Notes under the pieces: model-generated
What the model was told of the DNA's origin: nothing
Database searches by the model: none
What the model saw: the letters and a program-made list of their open reading frames with translations, nothing else
Source of the DNA: a virus
Taxonomy: Duplodnaviria > Caudoviricetes
Strand: one strand, 5' to 3'
DNA: 64,000 nt
Virus record (IMG/VR): IMGVR_UViG_3300031853_000001
Span: 1 to 64,000 of that record
Shown here: positions 21,501-28,159 of the stretch, in pieces
Layout of the letters: each line of letters begins with the position of its first letter
Numbering within the stretch: position 1 is the stretch's first letter
Made by a program: the position numbers and the translations under genes

Positions 21501-23410
21501 CTTGCAGCAATGGCAGAATAAACATCAACAACATTTTGCGCGTCTGTCATTTCCATTTTGAAAGAACGAACTGCGTTTGTCATATAGTCAGTTGCTTGTG
21601 CATAATCTAATCCAGAAATACGAGCCATTTTCAAGGTTTCTTCTGTTAATGCCATAACATCCGCTGTTTGTAGGCCTTGTTGATAGTATAATTGAGAAAC
21701 TTGATACACACCAGAAATAGAAGCCGCGTACTGACGAGCCATATCTGTATAACTTTTCATTTGGCCCCATAAATCATCCTGGGTCATATTAGTAACAATT
21801 GCAATCTCCGTAATTGTTTTATCTAACTCCTTAATAGTAGAAATAACAGAACGAATTGCATTGCCAACCATACGAACAGCTGCATAGATACTGAACCAAC
21901 GTTGTACAACACCCTCAATTTTACCAATTAATTTTTCTTTAGCTTGGACTTGCTCTAATTCAGTACGATAAATTTTCGCACCCTTGATATTTTCATTAAA
22001 ACCTACTTTACCTTTATTTTCTACTTGTCGCCCACTACCATGAATTCGAGATAAAGCTTCTGCTCGTTTCTCTTCGCGTGTTTTTTCTAATGCTTCAACC
22101 CTTTGTTTTAAATTAGCGTTTTCAACTTGTAATTGTTTAATTATATTATTATAATCTGTTTGCGCGGCCTTAACTGTTCTTTTTGTATACTCATCTTTAG
22201 CTTTTTCTGACCTTAAAGTTTTCTGCTCAGCTCCTAATTGCTCTAATTGATTATTAATATCTGTTATTAATTTTTCAGTATCTTTTTTAGTATCTGTTAA
22301 ATTTTTTTTAATAATATCTTGCACGCCTTTTAAATTATTTTCTAATAAATTAGTTTTAATACTAGGAATCATTTTTTCAATATCAGCTTCACTAATGCCA
22401 TCTTCAGCCATTCGTTGCCGAATTTTAGCAAGAGCTTCATCTAGTTTAGATTCATTGAAAATATCAGAAAACATCTTCTCCGCTAATTGGCTACCAGTTT
22501 TACCACCGCCTAAACCAGTTATGCTGAGCATTTTTACTTCACGGATTTTAGCTATTAACTCATCTAAATGTTTAGCAACTTCTTCTTTAGTTCCTGAACC
22601 ACCAATTGATTTTAAAATATTATTTATTTCATTCTTTTTTTCTTCTGCTATTGGCTTAGCAGTATTAAATGCGTTATTAATTCTATCACTCAATTGTTTA
22701 ACAGCATCTTGATTAATTTGAGTACTAAAACCTAATTCATCTTTAGAACCCAAAATTTTATCAACTTCTTTACTAATATCTCCAATTTGTAAAATTGGTT
22801 TATTAGACAAATCATTTTGCTGTTGTTTTAAATTTCCAATATCTTGATTAATTTCTTTTAATCTTCCACGAGCTTCTTCTATCTTGGTTGTTAAATTTTC
22901 TAAACTTTTAGATAATGTTGTACCAATTTCTGAAGAAGAAAGTGTAGACATATCTATTCCTAGACGATTAAAAGCTTTAGCCAAAGCTTTTGAATCTTCT
23001 ACAGCTGTTTTAAAACCGCTTTCTGTTTTTTCTGCTAATGCAGCTTTTGCTGCCTCAATATCGTTAACTAATTCTTTAAATTCTCCGTCAATTTTAGATA
23101 AATCTAAATCATTAAAAGAAGTATTAGACATTAATTGGCCTATTCGAATAAAAGTTTCTTCTACTTGATTTAATTTATCTGTAAAATTAGTAATTTGAGT
23201 GTCAGAACTCAATCTTTGATTCATATGCTTAGATAAATTATCAACTTCTTTTTCCACCATTTGTAAAGATTTAGATAAATCTTTACCAATTGAAGTATCT
23301 ACACGCATATTTTTTAAAGCTGCTTTAATAGTTTCAATTTCTTGCTGATAACCAACTATTTTGGCTTGAATATCAACAGTGACACTCGCTTGATTACCCA
23401 TTCTTCTCAC
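6572..23410 (-). CDS. Giant tape measure protein, ~5,610 aa (start 23410 GTG or 23401 ATG)
   Basis: Long helical/coiled-coil protein. Has a TP901-type TMP core (KELDKTITEIAIVT...QQG...ALTEETLKMA...NIGSAMKSIISR), a hydrophobic Gly/Ala segment and a C-terminal GGLIDYTGPAWVDG..PE motif. Located between tail tube and Dit-like genes. Confidence 0.93.
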   Translation of the reverse strand: MRRMGNQASVTVDIQAKIVGYQQEIETIKAALKNMRVDTSIGKDLSKSLQMVEKEVDNLSKHMNQRLSSDTQITNFTDKLNQVEETFIRIGQLMSNTSFNDLDLSKIDGEFKELVNDIEAAKAALAEKTESGFKTAVEDSKALAKAFNRLGIDMSTLSSSEIGTTLSKSLENLTTKIEEARGRLKEINQDIGNLKQQQNDLSNKPILQIGDISKEVDKILGSKDELGFSTQINQDAVKQLSDRINNAFNTAKPIAEEKKNEINNILKSIGGSGTKEEVAKHLDELIAKIREVKMLSITGLGGGKTGSQLAEKMFSDIFNESKLDEALAKIRQRMAEDGISEADIEKMIPSIKTNLLENNLKGVQDIIKKNLTDTKKDTEKLITDINNQLEQLGAEQKTLRSEKAKDEYTKRTVKAAQTDYNNIIKQLQVENANLKQRVEALEKTREEKRAEALSRIHGSGRQVENKGKVGFNENIKGAKIYRTELEQVQAKEKLIGKIEGVVQRWFSIYAAVRMVGNAIRSVISTIKELDKTITEIAIVTNMTQDDLWGQMKSYTDMARQYAASISGVYQVSQLYYQQGLQTADVMALTEETLKMARISGLDYAQATDYMTNAVRSFKMEMTDAQNVVDVYSAIAASSATSTSELASAMSKTASSAQAVGASFENTTAMMAVMIEATRESPENIGSAMKSIISRYGEMTADPSKLVDSEGQEMSLNKVDKALQSVGITIQDTNHQFRDFDDVITELAGKWDTLDKNTQRYIATVMAGNRQQSRFLALVSSGERLEELSDIAANSEDTATLQVLKTMDSIEAKTQQLKTSLQSLYVDAGIEKLYKGLLDFGATIIKTFTDFAQAMGTPIAAVAKFGLQFTSLANIVTTVFGLIKAKTQAQIAALNGQEKNAVLERITFAQQEVAQKEILMLQEQIAKEKSTEYETKKDRIESQERIRVWEEELATKQKIANTPIGAPGSKNARKGISKNMAHVGIAASLAGSALSLGAASIGEKTSNDRKTKAWMAGAGSALQGVGIGSLFGPWGMAIGGIIGALEAVSIAAESTSKKIENFKNNLEEAHNKTLVSKNELQDLEDLKKRYDELSKNRYIDADSQQEWLDINNKIANAYPSLISYIDEEGNKIVNLTDNYSKLAEEKQKAYEADLLNESKEQISALSDLDYVLNNVRQNSLKGLKGDRGVFTEPTLATAIPDVFEMFYQAWFTDLEPGAKEKRSDGLFIANEKTEFDYVANQILKIDKLMAQANGNFETFKRLYQETYGQDFSATKDFFNQGNEFQVEDFVYSNQASLAIGSYMSQIESNWDYYTSQLDNFITSQLTDLAYYFGNKQNFDYTKYSVLNDRVGKELQVRWEEEKALGTQQGKSLQEIYENFVTNLDIMIEGIQNDLFADINISDNNKDLITVNKIFEDFTNVSYNYLNENILQLADFMSLDQIADLNTRVQKQIERVKNRISAIINDISSEDFTFERAAEFDFLKDRLNTYFNDVAFKYQEQYLNILQSMINTGNYNLNDVPNLINDILDLRDTLILDNNLNDEQINELDQVLSSADLTSIFGINELKKALTKLPALKEKIDLSFLIEKIIPNLTTELDSFSQTITTKIADFEKALSNATKGMDLKTATEMAQKLGKSLSDFDFKDGKFFFDDFAAIRDTYLGENEQYIADLTNKTNEQIAKLSDISKITIKTGGQGSSKFFAGSFEEVKKKLNNIDTKNALMEQGFNISQLLTYYSQYLNSAEKETQTFVEYVQNEMGENLESNIEVIENYTNDQIARAALSTGNFTNFLNQVLPSNSRENAEKRAQLQLSLTSGNIDSVLASFPEYASDILKYYQDINKNVYNKLISGLDSQQYINADEFSAETLQSLEIAGLVEKISGEGSTAIYKTLDKMTSEQLDLFAQTIANSNLIKADKDKMLASIHTEKYEDNIYEGLSGVVDNFDKFSYEAGQKLANSLGTSVENLITDTTFKVDKAGNLSIEYAEIYSKLNEAWVRGLIDNKQFNELSAKLSQHKTDIDTSNIIRNIISNRDKITEENIGQLANALNKTYGRVIQDLNLQQNDDGTYRLNIVNLWNNFQKQMNDTLRDYVASEIDSVISSMTGLAGSQSKGYTDLASMQAYIKSLNQMNIINGKTGEAFTFNELFEYNDSLRAYQLSTEGIIAQISGLKNQINFISDEQFAAKQKLMQETKHQFADLIDADSLISAIGTNEYENIKNSFIKTVEDYNAVLQAMASPLKTVQGFDAEKLISNLEQGGMQAIEAMRQIAEAQGKQMTAEQAEAVWRSEVGRYVNAIDTLVAKRGEIVDSATAEIINEAGGFAAELGNSGTYLVQKAADLYKAYKYLLDKMRETGEATLADLNKVAGLMLDNKDGQQIAIDALGDAANLTYSRLGEIFTSAGKLMTEELIQDWTDKKLIKSLGGNKIQITDFAKFADLMGFDTGSPEYISAFKTYNDSLIEMNRKAEKNILEEAQGLKDMKAGDWIDLTQLSDKLNNINLYDDKGFKLNTTILDKLNINLNQYGAYLENGILKTVNGANIPSIIQEIANNVQQYGNLSELELAQLADTLKEVLKSYADLISGAIKGSLSNEGAQQLSQWSESLGLGKLNFQETTQGLKLATDQAYKLYQEISKIDDLQGRVVFDNLVESLRADKGGDFSSATATMAATARVQQQINDTAAKMGQITARVSGDTSKLTKSEKDRLAVLQRQSASLRDQLNTYNQLAQEMAWSNMDNPDSYNFMNRDLPNVTQGPINYWNSVGEAFGAMREAGSTGKMEIQDFYNIVTEMNNLAAATGTSIEFMGQSLNGDLTNAANLIEAGFGSLSNVDGKGVQVDMGKLAANLQTGATDMGKGFDTAIKEMADSQVHMLDGMIKLMETIVAMEQLGQVDVDNNGILNVDEIFGDGLIGDTDWHQYSDEFDQVREYLLNTFEQSEELAPLLDNLKVSGIKLRDLFNQDQTTWREAGISEQQYAQIMTAFYQAASSDNYDLDNLISSVMNVLSGSGQVYSYYDEETGVETVINAVSGRTYTVNWDDEKDKQRIYDAFTEAGYKEVPTDEKIRAILDKGHAGELTGEALIAYEITYGIIKEYTVKDDEGNEITVWKDSYGNTYNSKEEAVIGNVFAKQRGEAEGDRQEIIGGPRDNLKGYKQSFKIESGFTYDLTVGVDGSEKYETTAPDGAPISGKTYQEMIDNLLNHVSQNTYEDDDGNGKNFDDLSESEQIQLKRKLGITVTPEVIFTNKEGNEVDPANDPAIRTELVEFFNHSDEEIRSKITELEGESGNYEITLYDGSKIQVKAKNEEQALQKIQDALDPLTTSISTAITRAFTVTNEKGGNAVQEAISTAIRTALGIGQQTGADDKNNGVSISSITLSPQGLTIDLSSAGEPTLKGAEEETQDIPIAEVTLKPATVNVDVTKFDAEPVAQTIADAIQTALNGKPITPNISTGVSEGGETSDDSVDTSSITSAFDTAINSVVTKVGDISKEAEKISADKVTAIQTEQNNISTSNISNLKDYADNIDPSKAQAAKDAINAIPSNKNISIGATITVTANGGQLTKVTGDGIALNNSKRRIQIAKTGNVALAAGRDTLMGELGPELVVSHGRYFIVGQNGPEMVNLAEDAIVFNHIQTRQLLSKGRTSTHATPVTNERKATSLATGNVGPAMASASDALAVLKQLRAMWQSLSKSSLKDLGALAGAGGGGGDGGGKSAEEMGAVVKEVEKWYNWLEQIEETQNEINKLSKEYTLLEKRGASTSEKLANLEQQRAKTLENINTKRQLAQEQRTEQATKAKNAIENTPLGAFFKLGENNRLLLGDDETFMNYMSQYNPVFAEQFKSTGKISVPITLEETYSPEEAEEYNKKNAKKIQKGKLAAVSAGQSKENGKTVDVPVEFPAGGLALLTELQKIDAAGNPAYNAATAWQVIEKLGFSDFALKDASGKSIDTTAENWQENAVQNFYEKFDTLKDSINGLGDSAEKLEEEVLDDENAVEDYNQTVRDLTASVQGVVENLDEWYDLDQKIASAQNRLNLLTAEYNGLQQDGTTTTSDLINNLHEQYAESQKTLEATREKQAEQEQDLAEDRAKLEQSSLVQKGLWTFDENGRLIQNDAPGSFKQNFDASLWDALNANAVNLQLMRRGTRKDEKGVEQPFEEWFTESFDVSSFDNFIKQLTATDAYGNSKYNKLQQAEAFWQAGLLADVEKINGTTYDISTEEGAEEAVKAALEYFNQHPEEYNQKVNTVEEGRTKTQEEINHQKELNHQILEQTRYQTEIIDHLDEWYNISRDIADAQNELNLKTAQYDNLTKKLGDNSKALTDNLRDQVGILNKELINTENELIKKQAQFEKDKNKLLSENSLFFVDNGANGIKYADSAGLVNRARAAGTQVNNNQALISLTRQRARLDANGNLIQGENGFETEKYQQNITLDLDPAKLVQELSSDNFSIEEIGQILKQLGLDAEVAKAGGYLTLEGLTKDEVLSLYRDYLSSISKGDTINQDADELKEQEKTLEEIKGKILDANNEIRESLKETAAVTDHLENWYEWTQKIAESQYRLNKITEEYNQLLNRSYTQGESLEKLEEQRAETEKRIALATKDRDEKQEAYNKSIEKLNDQTDAFAAAIRQNITIDEDGRLFYNNTNNVGEKLNNTKLKNYKQEYDENGREIRIYTDENKQQREVRYGDEKYDQGVIKYSIEETSIDNKYEKGTLAKLRGMSFKELRDEFGKQNLDGSSYYKAGDLYSFAESILGVNAVTDYVKNNLGKNSLEDLTKEEREKVGNDIWQVIDKIIPDVNAKLDTYEQADLNVAKENTELQKVNRQLLDAIQKGEALNSTITAWYETTRQINEEQRRLNQLATEYDGLTKSIGDHTKEQAKNLKDQYNLTKQNIETSKEELKMREEQYKQNRKNAVENSGGFLAVNSNGDLVRATSGKVGNGAKTIKYDTGRKDVNGNILYDIFEASGTPSEILADLMDTDAFGRAKYSDNSLVQIVRGLGLEKEIAGSIGFRSFEGLDQKTIEDATRKWLESQDQVIEKTNQEKDGLEDTRDELKKDENSLLDINNSIKELSDIAAGLQNPFEEWHSWLRKIKLEQDELNTLTKEYNILDKTRKNNGESIANNLLEQLDSLQQQEKTNREYLVAREKAQAELLDQANWTEAQKKLFKVENGRFQYNDDEFKERIKNTNGIILTGTEENGAYSFKDINENISISVKNTEELFKELTKQNADNSMKYNIDQQFEILRAFNFEDLMQFDTSGQKIFANGIENATKEEREAAVKALFDNSKGIQEKIEKTEDDIQDLKNTELDLKSNVIDIKNQIQDNEVELENKILQAIEDREQKRIDELKEQKDMLSEAANNFLDGLNEQLDKEKKMYERQENQDELNKLQRQLAILQRSGGSASQINSLQEQIRSKQQDTYFQERQDQIDAVKEASDRQIEKLDKQIEIAEETLAYNKENGLLWNEVREIMKQDSNAILSFINENLKERQSQSSLQSELAITDDGKIVGKFVGVRGQAFKAGGLIDYTGPAWVDGSKQKPESVLNAAQTEFLREQLLDSLENFSLSINKFNNNFFNSGVLNNLGENSGINIERLDFVMKVDSINNDYDARRAGQQAFEEMVRIARKAGNHSVSRR

Positions 23411-23428
23411 TCTCCTTTTTCACCAAAT

Positions 23429-23466
23429 AAAAAAAGAGCCACTTCCTTACACTCAGGAAGTGGCTC
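23429..23466 (-). terminator. Intrinsic terminator upstream of the TMP gene
   Basis: Minus strand GAGCCACTTCC-loop-GGAAGTGGCTC followed by T7. Confidence 0.8.
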
Positions 23467-24346
23467 ATTCTATCGCGTCTATATCTTCGCTTAAACGCGT
23501 AATCTCCAAAATCATACTTTTTCTATTACCGCCTACATTTTCCGGTAATCCAATAATATTAAACACGGACGTAGTTGGATCAGCCCTTTCTCCCAAGCGT
23601 AAGTTTATATCACTCACGACTCTTACTTTTGGCATATAAATTAAATTTGTATAATTTAAGCCATCGTTTTCATCCTTGGAGTAAAACTTACCTTCAAGGG
23701 TGAATAATCCATTAAACCTTTCTTTCTGTATGGTATAAACTAAAGCTTCATCTTTATACTCATAATAATAGTCCACAATATAAGTTTTTGTGGCGTCCGC
23801 TTCTATTTTCTTTTCTTTATCTGCAAAAACTTTGATACAAATTTCTGTTTGATCTAAAAAAGAATTATATTTGTTATTATCTGGGTCTAATTCCCCATAA
23901 ACTTTCTTTTGAGCGACTCCTCGCTCGTATTCATAAATAAAGACCTTTTTTGTAGGATATAACACAGGTTGATGGGTTATATAAATACAACCATCTTCTA
24001 ATTCAAAAGGTCCTTCCCTTTTAGGAATTAAAAGTGATTCTTCTAACTGATTTTGATCAACAATAGTAGAACTTAATAAAATTCCCATACCAATTGAAGA
24101 CATAACGCCTTCAGTAAGGGAGAACTGTACTTCTGAGCGGTCTTCCCAAATAACACGCGGCATATTGGACCAACCTCCGCGCGCCATTATAGTGGATTGA
24201 CGCTCATTAAGTACAGCCATATTAACTTTCTCAAAGTATAATACAGGTTCTCCCGCTTCTAGGCGTCTTGAACCAAATTGCATAGGATCATGAGCTTTCA
24301 AAACTACTTCTGAAAGTTCTTTAGTACCAAAATATTGATCAAGCAT
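23465..24346 (-). CDS. Tail-tube-like protein, paralog of the major tail protein, 293 aa
   Basis: Aligns by eye with 24410-25357: FGTKE/YGIKE, LYFEKVN/LFLDTLK, ARGGWSN..VIW/ATGGWGN..ISW, ADPTT..FNI/GDPST..FEM. Confidence 0.7.
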   Translation of the reverse strand: MLDQYFGTKELSEVVLKAHDPMQFGSRRLEAGEPVLYFEKVNMAVLNERQSTIMARGGWSNMPRVIWEDRSEVQFSLTEGVMSSIGMGILLSSTIVDQNQLEESLLIPKREGPFELEDGCIYITHQPVLYPTKKVFIYEYERGVAQKKVYGELDPDNNKYNSFLDQTEICIKVFADKEKKIEADATKTYIVDYYYEYKDEALVYTIQKERFNGLFTLEGKFYSKDENDGLNYTNLIYMPKVRVVSDINLRLGERADPTTSVFNIIGLPENVGGNRKSMILEITRLSEDIDAIE

Positions 24347-24361
24347 TTTGATTCACCACCT

Positions 24362-24402
24362 AAAATAAAAAACTAGGGGCAAAAGCCCCTAGTTTTTATT
24401 TA
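24362..24402. terminator. Bidirectional intrinsic terminator after the major tail gene
   Basis: AAAAAACTAGGGGC-AAAA-GCCCCTAGTTTTT, with A/T tracts on both sides. Confidence 0.85.
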
Positions 24403-24409
24403 GTATCTA

Positions 24410-25357
24410 TTAGCCTCCCTGACCAGGAGTGACAGGAGCAGCATCGACAGAGCCAATGTCGTCGCCAGCATTAGTAGCATCAGCCGCAGCAGTACCGTAA
24501 CGAATTAGCTTCATCATTTCCTTCTCGCCACGCTCATTATCAGAACGTAGTACGTTTAGAGTCATTTCGAAAGTGGAAGGATCGCCTTCGGCTTCTAGGG
24601 TGATGGTTACTTCGGACTGAACCTTGGCCTTACCAATTACAAACTGGAAAGCTTCATCCTTACCGGTGTCCTGAGAACGCATGAAGGTATCGCCAACTAC
24701 ACGATAAGTACCTGGGAAAGTATCAGGAGAAATAGTTACTTCAACAGCCTTATCAGCATCATTTGCAGACTGGAAGGTCTCAGTCCAGAAAATACGTAGA
24801 CGATCGCCCTGCTTGGTAGCAACATCATCAACACCCATTGCTTCATTTACGAAAGTAATAATCTTAGTACCATCAATTGTGCCCTCAGTTAACTGAGTAC
24901 GAGCACCAGTGGTTAGATTGATTACACGAACTGGAGCAGCTACAGTAGCAGTAACAGTATACTCTGCATCAGTAATATGATCCTTTGGCTTTGGCACAAC
25001 GCCATTAGCACCGCAAACAACTTCTTCAGTATGACGTACAGTTACAGGGTCATTAGCTCCGCCACGGTGAATAGCACCACCTAGCATGAAACGTAGAGAT
25101 TCTAGAGAAATTAGAGCGTCCTCTAGGGTAATGGTGATTTCCTTACCATAGTCCCAAGAAATTAGCTTAGGATTGCCCCAACCACCAGTAGCGTCAGTAG
25201 TCTCAGCAGTAGTCTCAATAGTAGAAACCTTTAGGGTATCTAGGAATAGAACAATGTCGCCCTTATAAACGTTAGACTTAGGATCGTCTTCTAGAGCTTC
25301 AAAATAAACATTGGCAACTTCCTTAATACCATACTTGTCAAAAATATTAACAGCCAT
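24410..25357 (-). CDS. Major tail (tube) protein, 315 aa
   Basis: Position, strong codon bias shared with the capsid gene, own terminator, beta-rich sequence with a GGxGNPKL..W motif. Confidence 0.8.
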   Translation of the reverse strand: MAVNIFDKYGIKEVANVYFEALEDDPKSNVYKGDIVLFLDTLKVSTIETTAETTDATGGWGNPKLISWDYGKEITITLEDALISLESLRFMLGGAIHRGGANDPVTVRHTEEVVCGANGVVPKPKDHITDAEYTVTATVAAPVRVINLTTGARTQLTEGTIDGTKIITFVNEAMGVDDVATKQGDRLRIFWTETFQSANDADKAVEVTISPDTFPGTYRVVGDTFMRSQDTGKDEAFQFVIGKAKVQSEVTITLEAEGDPSTFEMTLNVLRSDNERGEKEMMKLIRYGTAAADATNAGDDIGSVDAAPVTPGQGG

Positions 25358-25374
25358 GTGAGTTACCTCCTAAA

Positions 25375-26154
25375 TCATGATTTATCAGAACTCGCAATGG
25401 AACGCATCCAATGCTTGAGTTGTGATTTCTTTAATTTTGCACCAGCTAACGCGGCGCGATTATTTATATTAAACTGATCGCGCCAACCCATTCTTTTCAG
25501 CTGGTCGTGAAAAGCATAATATGTAATATTCCATATATTATCCATATTTAGGCCGCAGCCATTAATTGTAATGCTTGCAATTAAATCAGAAAATTTTAAA
25601 TCAGTTTTTTCTTGCGCGGCTTTTTTAGCCTTTGCTTTTCTAACTTTTTCTCTGTTTTGCCGCATTTGCATTTTAATCTTCTTGGTTGCGGGAGGGTCGT
25701 CTGGATAAATAATAATTTCTTCACCCTCTTGTTCTATAAAATACATTCTTCGCAATAAGCGTTGTAAATCATAGAATTTTTCCTCTGTTAATAGGTGCTT
25801 TTCTTCAATCGGCCCTATAATAATTTGTGCGGGGTCGAGAGAAAAAATAACTTCTTCGTGCGTGAAAAAATAAAATGCTCGCTTTAATAAACTATTAGCT
25901 TCAGCATCTACAGATACCATCATAAGTAAATATTGAAAATCCGTTAGATTATTTAATAATTGTTTTAATTCTGGGTCATCAGATGCTTTTGGTATTGGTT
26001 TTTCAGAAATTAAAATACTTAAATATCTTTGAAAGTTGTCATAACCTTCATCAACAATTTCCCCAATCGTTGCAGGATAAACCGCGCAAATATCATCTAA
26101 CAAGACTGGAGAACCCTTTAGGAATTTTAAAGTTTCATTATCAGTTAAATTCAT
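25375..26154 (-). CDS. Virion morphogenesis protein, possibly tail assembly chaperone-like, 259 aa
   Basis: Coupled to its neighbours. C-terminal IWNITYYAFHDQL resembles chaperone-type segments (weak). Confidence 0.5.
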   Translation of the reverse strand: MNLTDNETLKFLKGSPVLLDDICAVYPATIGEIVDEGYDNFQRYLSILISEKPIPKASDDPELKQLLNNLTDFQYLLMMVSVDAEANSLLKRAFYFFTHEEVIFSLDPAQIIIGPIEEKHLLTEEKFYDLQRLLRRMYFIEQEGEEIIIYPDDPPATKKIKMQMRQNREKVRKAKAKKAAQEKTDLKFSDLIASITINGCGLNMDNIWNITYYAFHDQLKRMGWRDQFNINNRAALAGAKLKKSQLKHWMRSIASSDKS

Positions 26155-26701
26155 TGATTTTATACCTCATAGAATAACCGCCAATCCAAGGAGATAATGT
26201 TAGATTGTCTGCTCGGTAAAATTGTAAATTACCAATACCTTTTAATTTACCTTGATTAAACATTTTATCTATTTCTTCCATAATTAAATATGGCCGCAAC
26301 GACCTTTCATTTAAAAGCCACTTATCATAAGGGCAGGCTATATCGAATCTAAGAGTTGTTAATTTAAAATCTGGATTCAAAACATTAACAGTAAAATCAT
26401 CAAATACTGTTACGATATATGACATTTCTTCATTTGAATCATCAAAGATTTTTGGAACAATTAATATTTGTTTATTAATTAAATCCAACCCATCTACATC
26501 TGGCTGATCTTTACCAGTAATAGGGTCTTTATCTAAAAATGGGGCTTTAGAAGGATACTTTAATAAGCGACAAATCCTTGGATTTTGCATTAGTTTATTA
26601 GCAATTAAAAAAGTATTTTCGCCCATTACGGCAAATCGTCTTTGACCAGGAATTTCTTTTATAATCTTTTGATTTAATTCATCCATAAAATCACCTACCA
26701 T
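26141..26701 (-). CDS. Putative tail completion/terminator protein (start probably 26686)
   Basis: Position in the neck block and size; RPYLIMEEIDKMFN...GIG.L motif. Confidence 0.5.
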   Translation of the reverse strand: MVGDFMDELNQKIIKEIPGQRRFAVMGENTFLIANKLMQNPRICRLLKYPSKAPFLDKDPITGKDQPDVDGLDLINKQILIVPKIFDDSNEEMSYIVTVFDDFTVNVLNPDFKLTTLRFDIACPYDKWLLNERSLRPYLIMEEIDKMFNQGKLKGIGNLQFYRADNLTLSPWIGGYSMRYKINEFN

Positions 26702-27894
26702 AATGGAACGATAGAAATTTGCTTTATGTAAGTGTTATTATTATATACAGCACTTATTGTAATTGTGCCAAGTTTATTTTTAGCGTTCGCCCGCACACTA
26801 CAATTATTATCTTTTACTTCAGTAATTTTTGCTAAAGTATTATCACTGATTGAATAAATAACTTCTCCAGTAATTTCTTCCGTGCCTTTTAATGTATAAA
26901 CACCAATTCTATCTAATCGTAAAGTATCGCTTCCTTCTATATAAGCAGAAAACTCATTCTTTTCTTCCCCAACTTGAATGGTAATTGTTTTTTGAACTGA
27001 GGGATATTGTTTTAGTTGAACTATAATATCTACTTCTCCTTCTGCAACAGCCTTCAATTCATTATCAATCATTTTAACAATTTTCTTATTAGTTGAAATA
27101 AACTCTACTTCTTCGTCAGAAGGTTCACCATTCTTCATTAAAGTGAAAGTTAATTCAATTGGCTCACCAACTGTAAATATTTGAGTTACTTCTGGAACAG
27201 AAAGGTCATATATTGCTAATTTATCTAAATCAGCGATATCATTGTCAAGATCATCGTATATCATATTAACCTTAGATTCGGTAAGAGAAAGATAAATAAC
27301 TCCAGGAACACTAGAACGGTCATATTCAACTACCGTCCAAGATTCATCTTCCACAATGAAATTTGTTGCTCTATCTATAGGATAACGCGGCATTAATAAC
27401 TCCGCGTATTTATTAGGTTGTGGAGTAATTAAATTGTTCCAAGTTCTAAAATTACCTTTAATTTTAGAATCCAAAGAACTTACAAAATAAGCCCAAGAAG
27501 CTTGTAAATGCCCTTGACTATCAATCCATTTAACATAGTAATTACAACGAATAATCCAAAAACTTCTAAAAGTCCCATTAACTTTCTTTTCCTCTTGAAT
27601 TAAAATCCATTTTTCAATAGACCCATCATCAAGCGTCCAATTCATAATATCTCCAACTTGAATTGGAATATCTAATGCTACTTCTAAAAACATAATCTTT
27701 TCATATTCTTTATCTTTACTTGTTAAAATAATTCCATCAAAATAAATCCCTCGTTCTACTGAAAGATTTCTAATAGTATGAGGAGATTCTGCGAGCCACT
27801 TCTCAAAAGAACGTTTCCCGCCATTACGGATTCTTTCAGCAGTTGTTTCTCCCAAATGATTAATTCTTGAAAAATAAACATCAAGGTAATTCAT
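26695..27894 (-). CDS. Head closure/neck protein with C-terminal Ig-like domains, 399 aa
   Basis: Position in the neck block; C-terminal Big_2-like patterns (VEFISTNKKIV...LKAVAEGEVDI; YSISDNTLA...GTITISA). Confidence 0.6.
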   Translation of the reverse strand: MNYLDVYFSRINHLGETTAERIRNGGKRSFEKWLAESPHTIRNLSVERGIYFDGIILTSKDKEYEKIMFLEVALDIPIQVGDIMNWTLDDGSIEKWILIQEEKKVNGTFRSFWIIRCNYYVKWIDSQGHLQASWAYFVSSLDSKIKGNFRTWNNLITPQPNKYAELLMPRYPIDRATNFIVEDESWTVVEYDRSSVPGVIYLSLTESKVNMIYDDLDNDIADLDKLAIYDLSVPEVTQIFTVGEPIELTFTLMKNGEPSDEEVEFISTNKKIVKMIDNELKAVAEGEVDIIVQLKQYPSVQKTITIQVGEEKNEFSAYIEGSDTLRLDRIGVYTLKGTEEITGEVIYSISDNTLAKITEVKDNNCSVRANAKNKLGTITISAVYNNNTYIKQISIVPLW

Positions 27895-28159
27895 TTGGAA
27901 CCTCTAAGCCACCAATTAAATTCATACATTCAAAAATAGTTTTTCTAAAATATTCATAATTTAAGAAACGCAATGAATTTAATTTACCAATTAGCGGCCA
28001 GTAGTTAATTGAACTTGGTTCTAAACCTTTAAGTTCAATTAATATAGAATTTAAAAACTTTTCCCAATCTCCGCCTTCTTTTTCTTTTTCGCAAAGCACA
28101 CCATAAAGCCGACCTTTTAGTTTATTTTTATAACCTTCAAAAGTCTCGTCGTAAAGCAT
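27881..28159 (-). CDS. Hypothetical neck-region protein, 92 aa
   Basis: ORF overlapping both neighbours in the operon. Confidence 0.6.
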   Translation of the reverse strand: MLYDETFEGYKNKLKGRLYGVLCEKEKEGGDWEKFLNSILIELKGLEPSSINYWPLIGKLNSLRFLNYEYFRKTIFECMNLIGGLEVPNELP

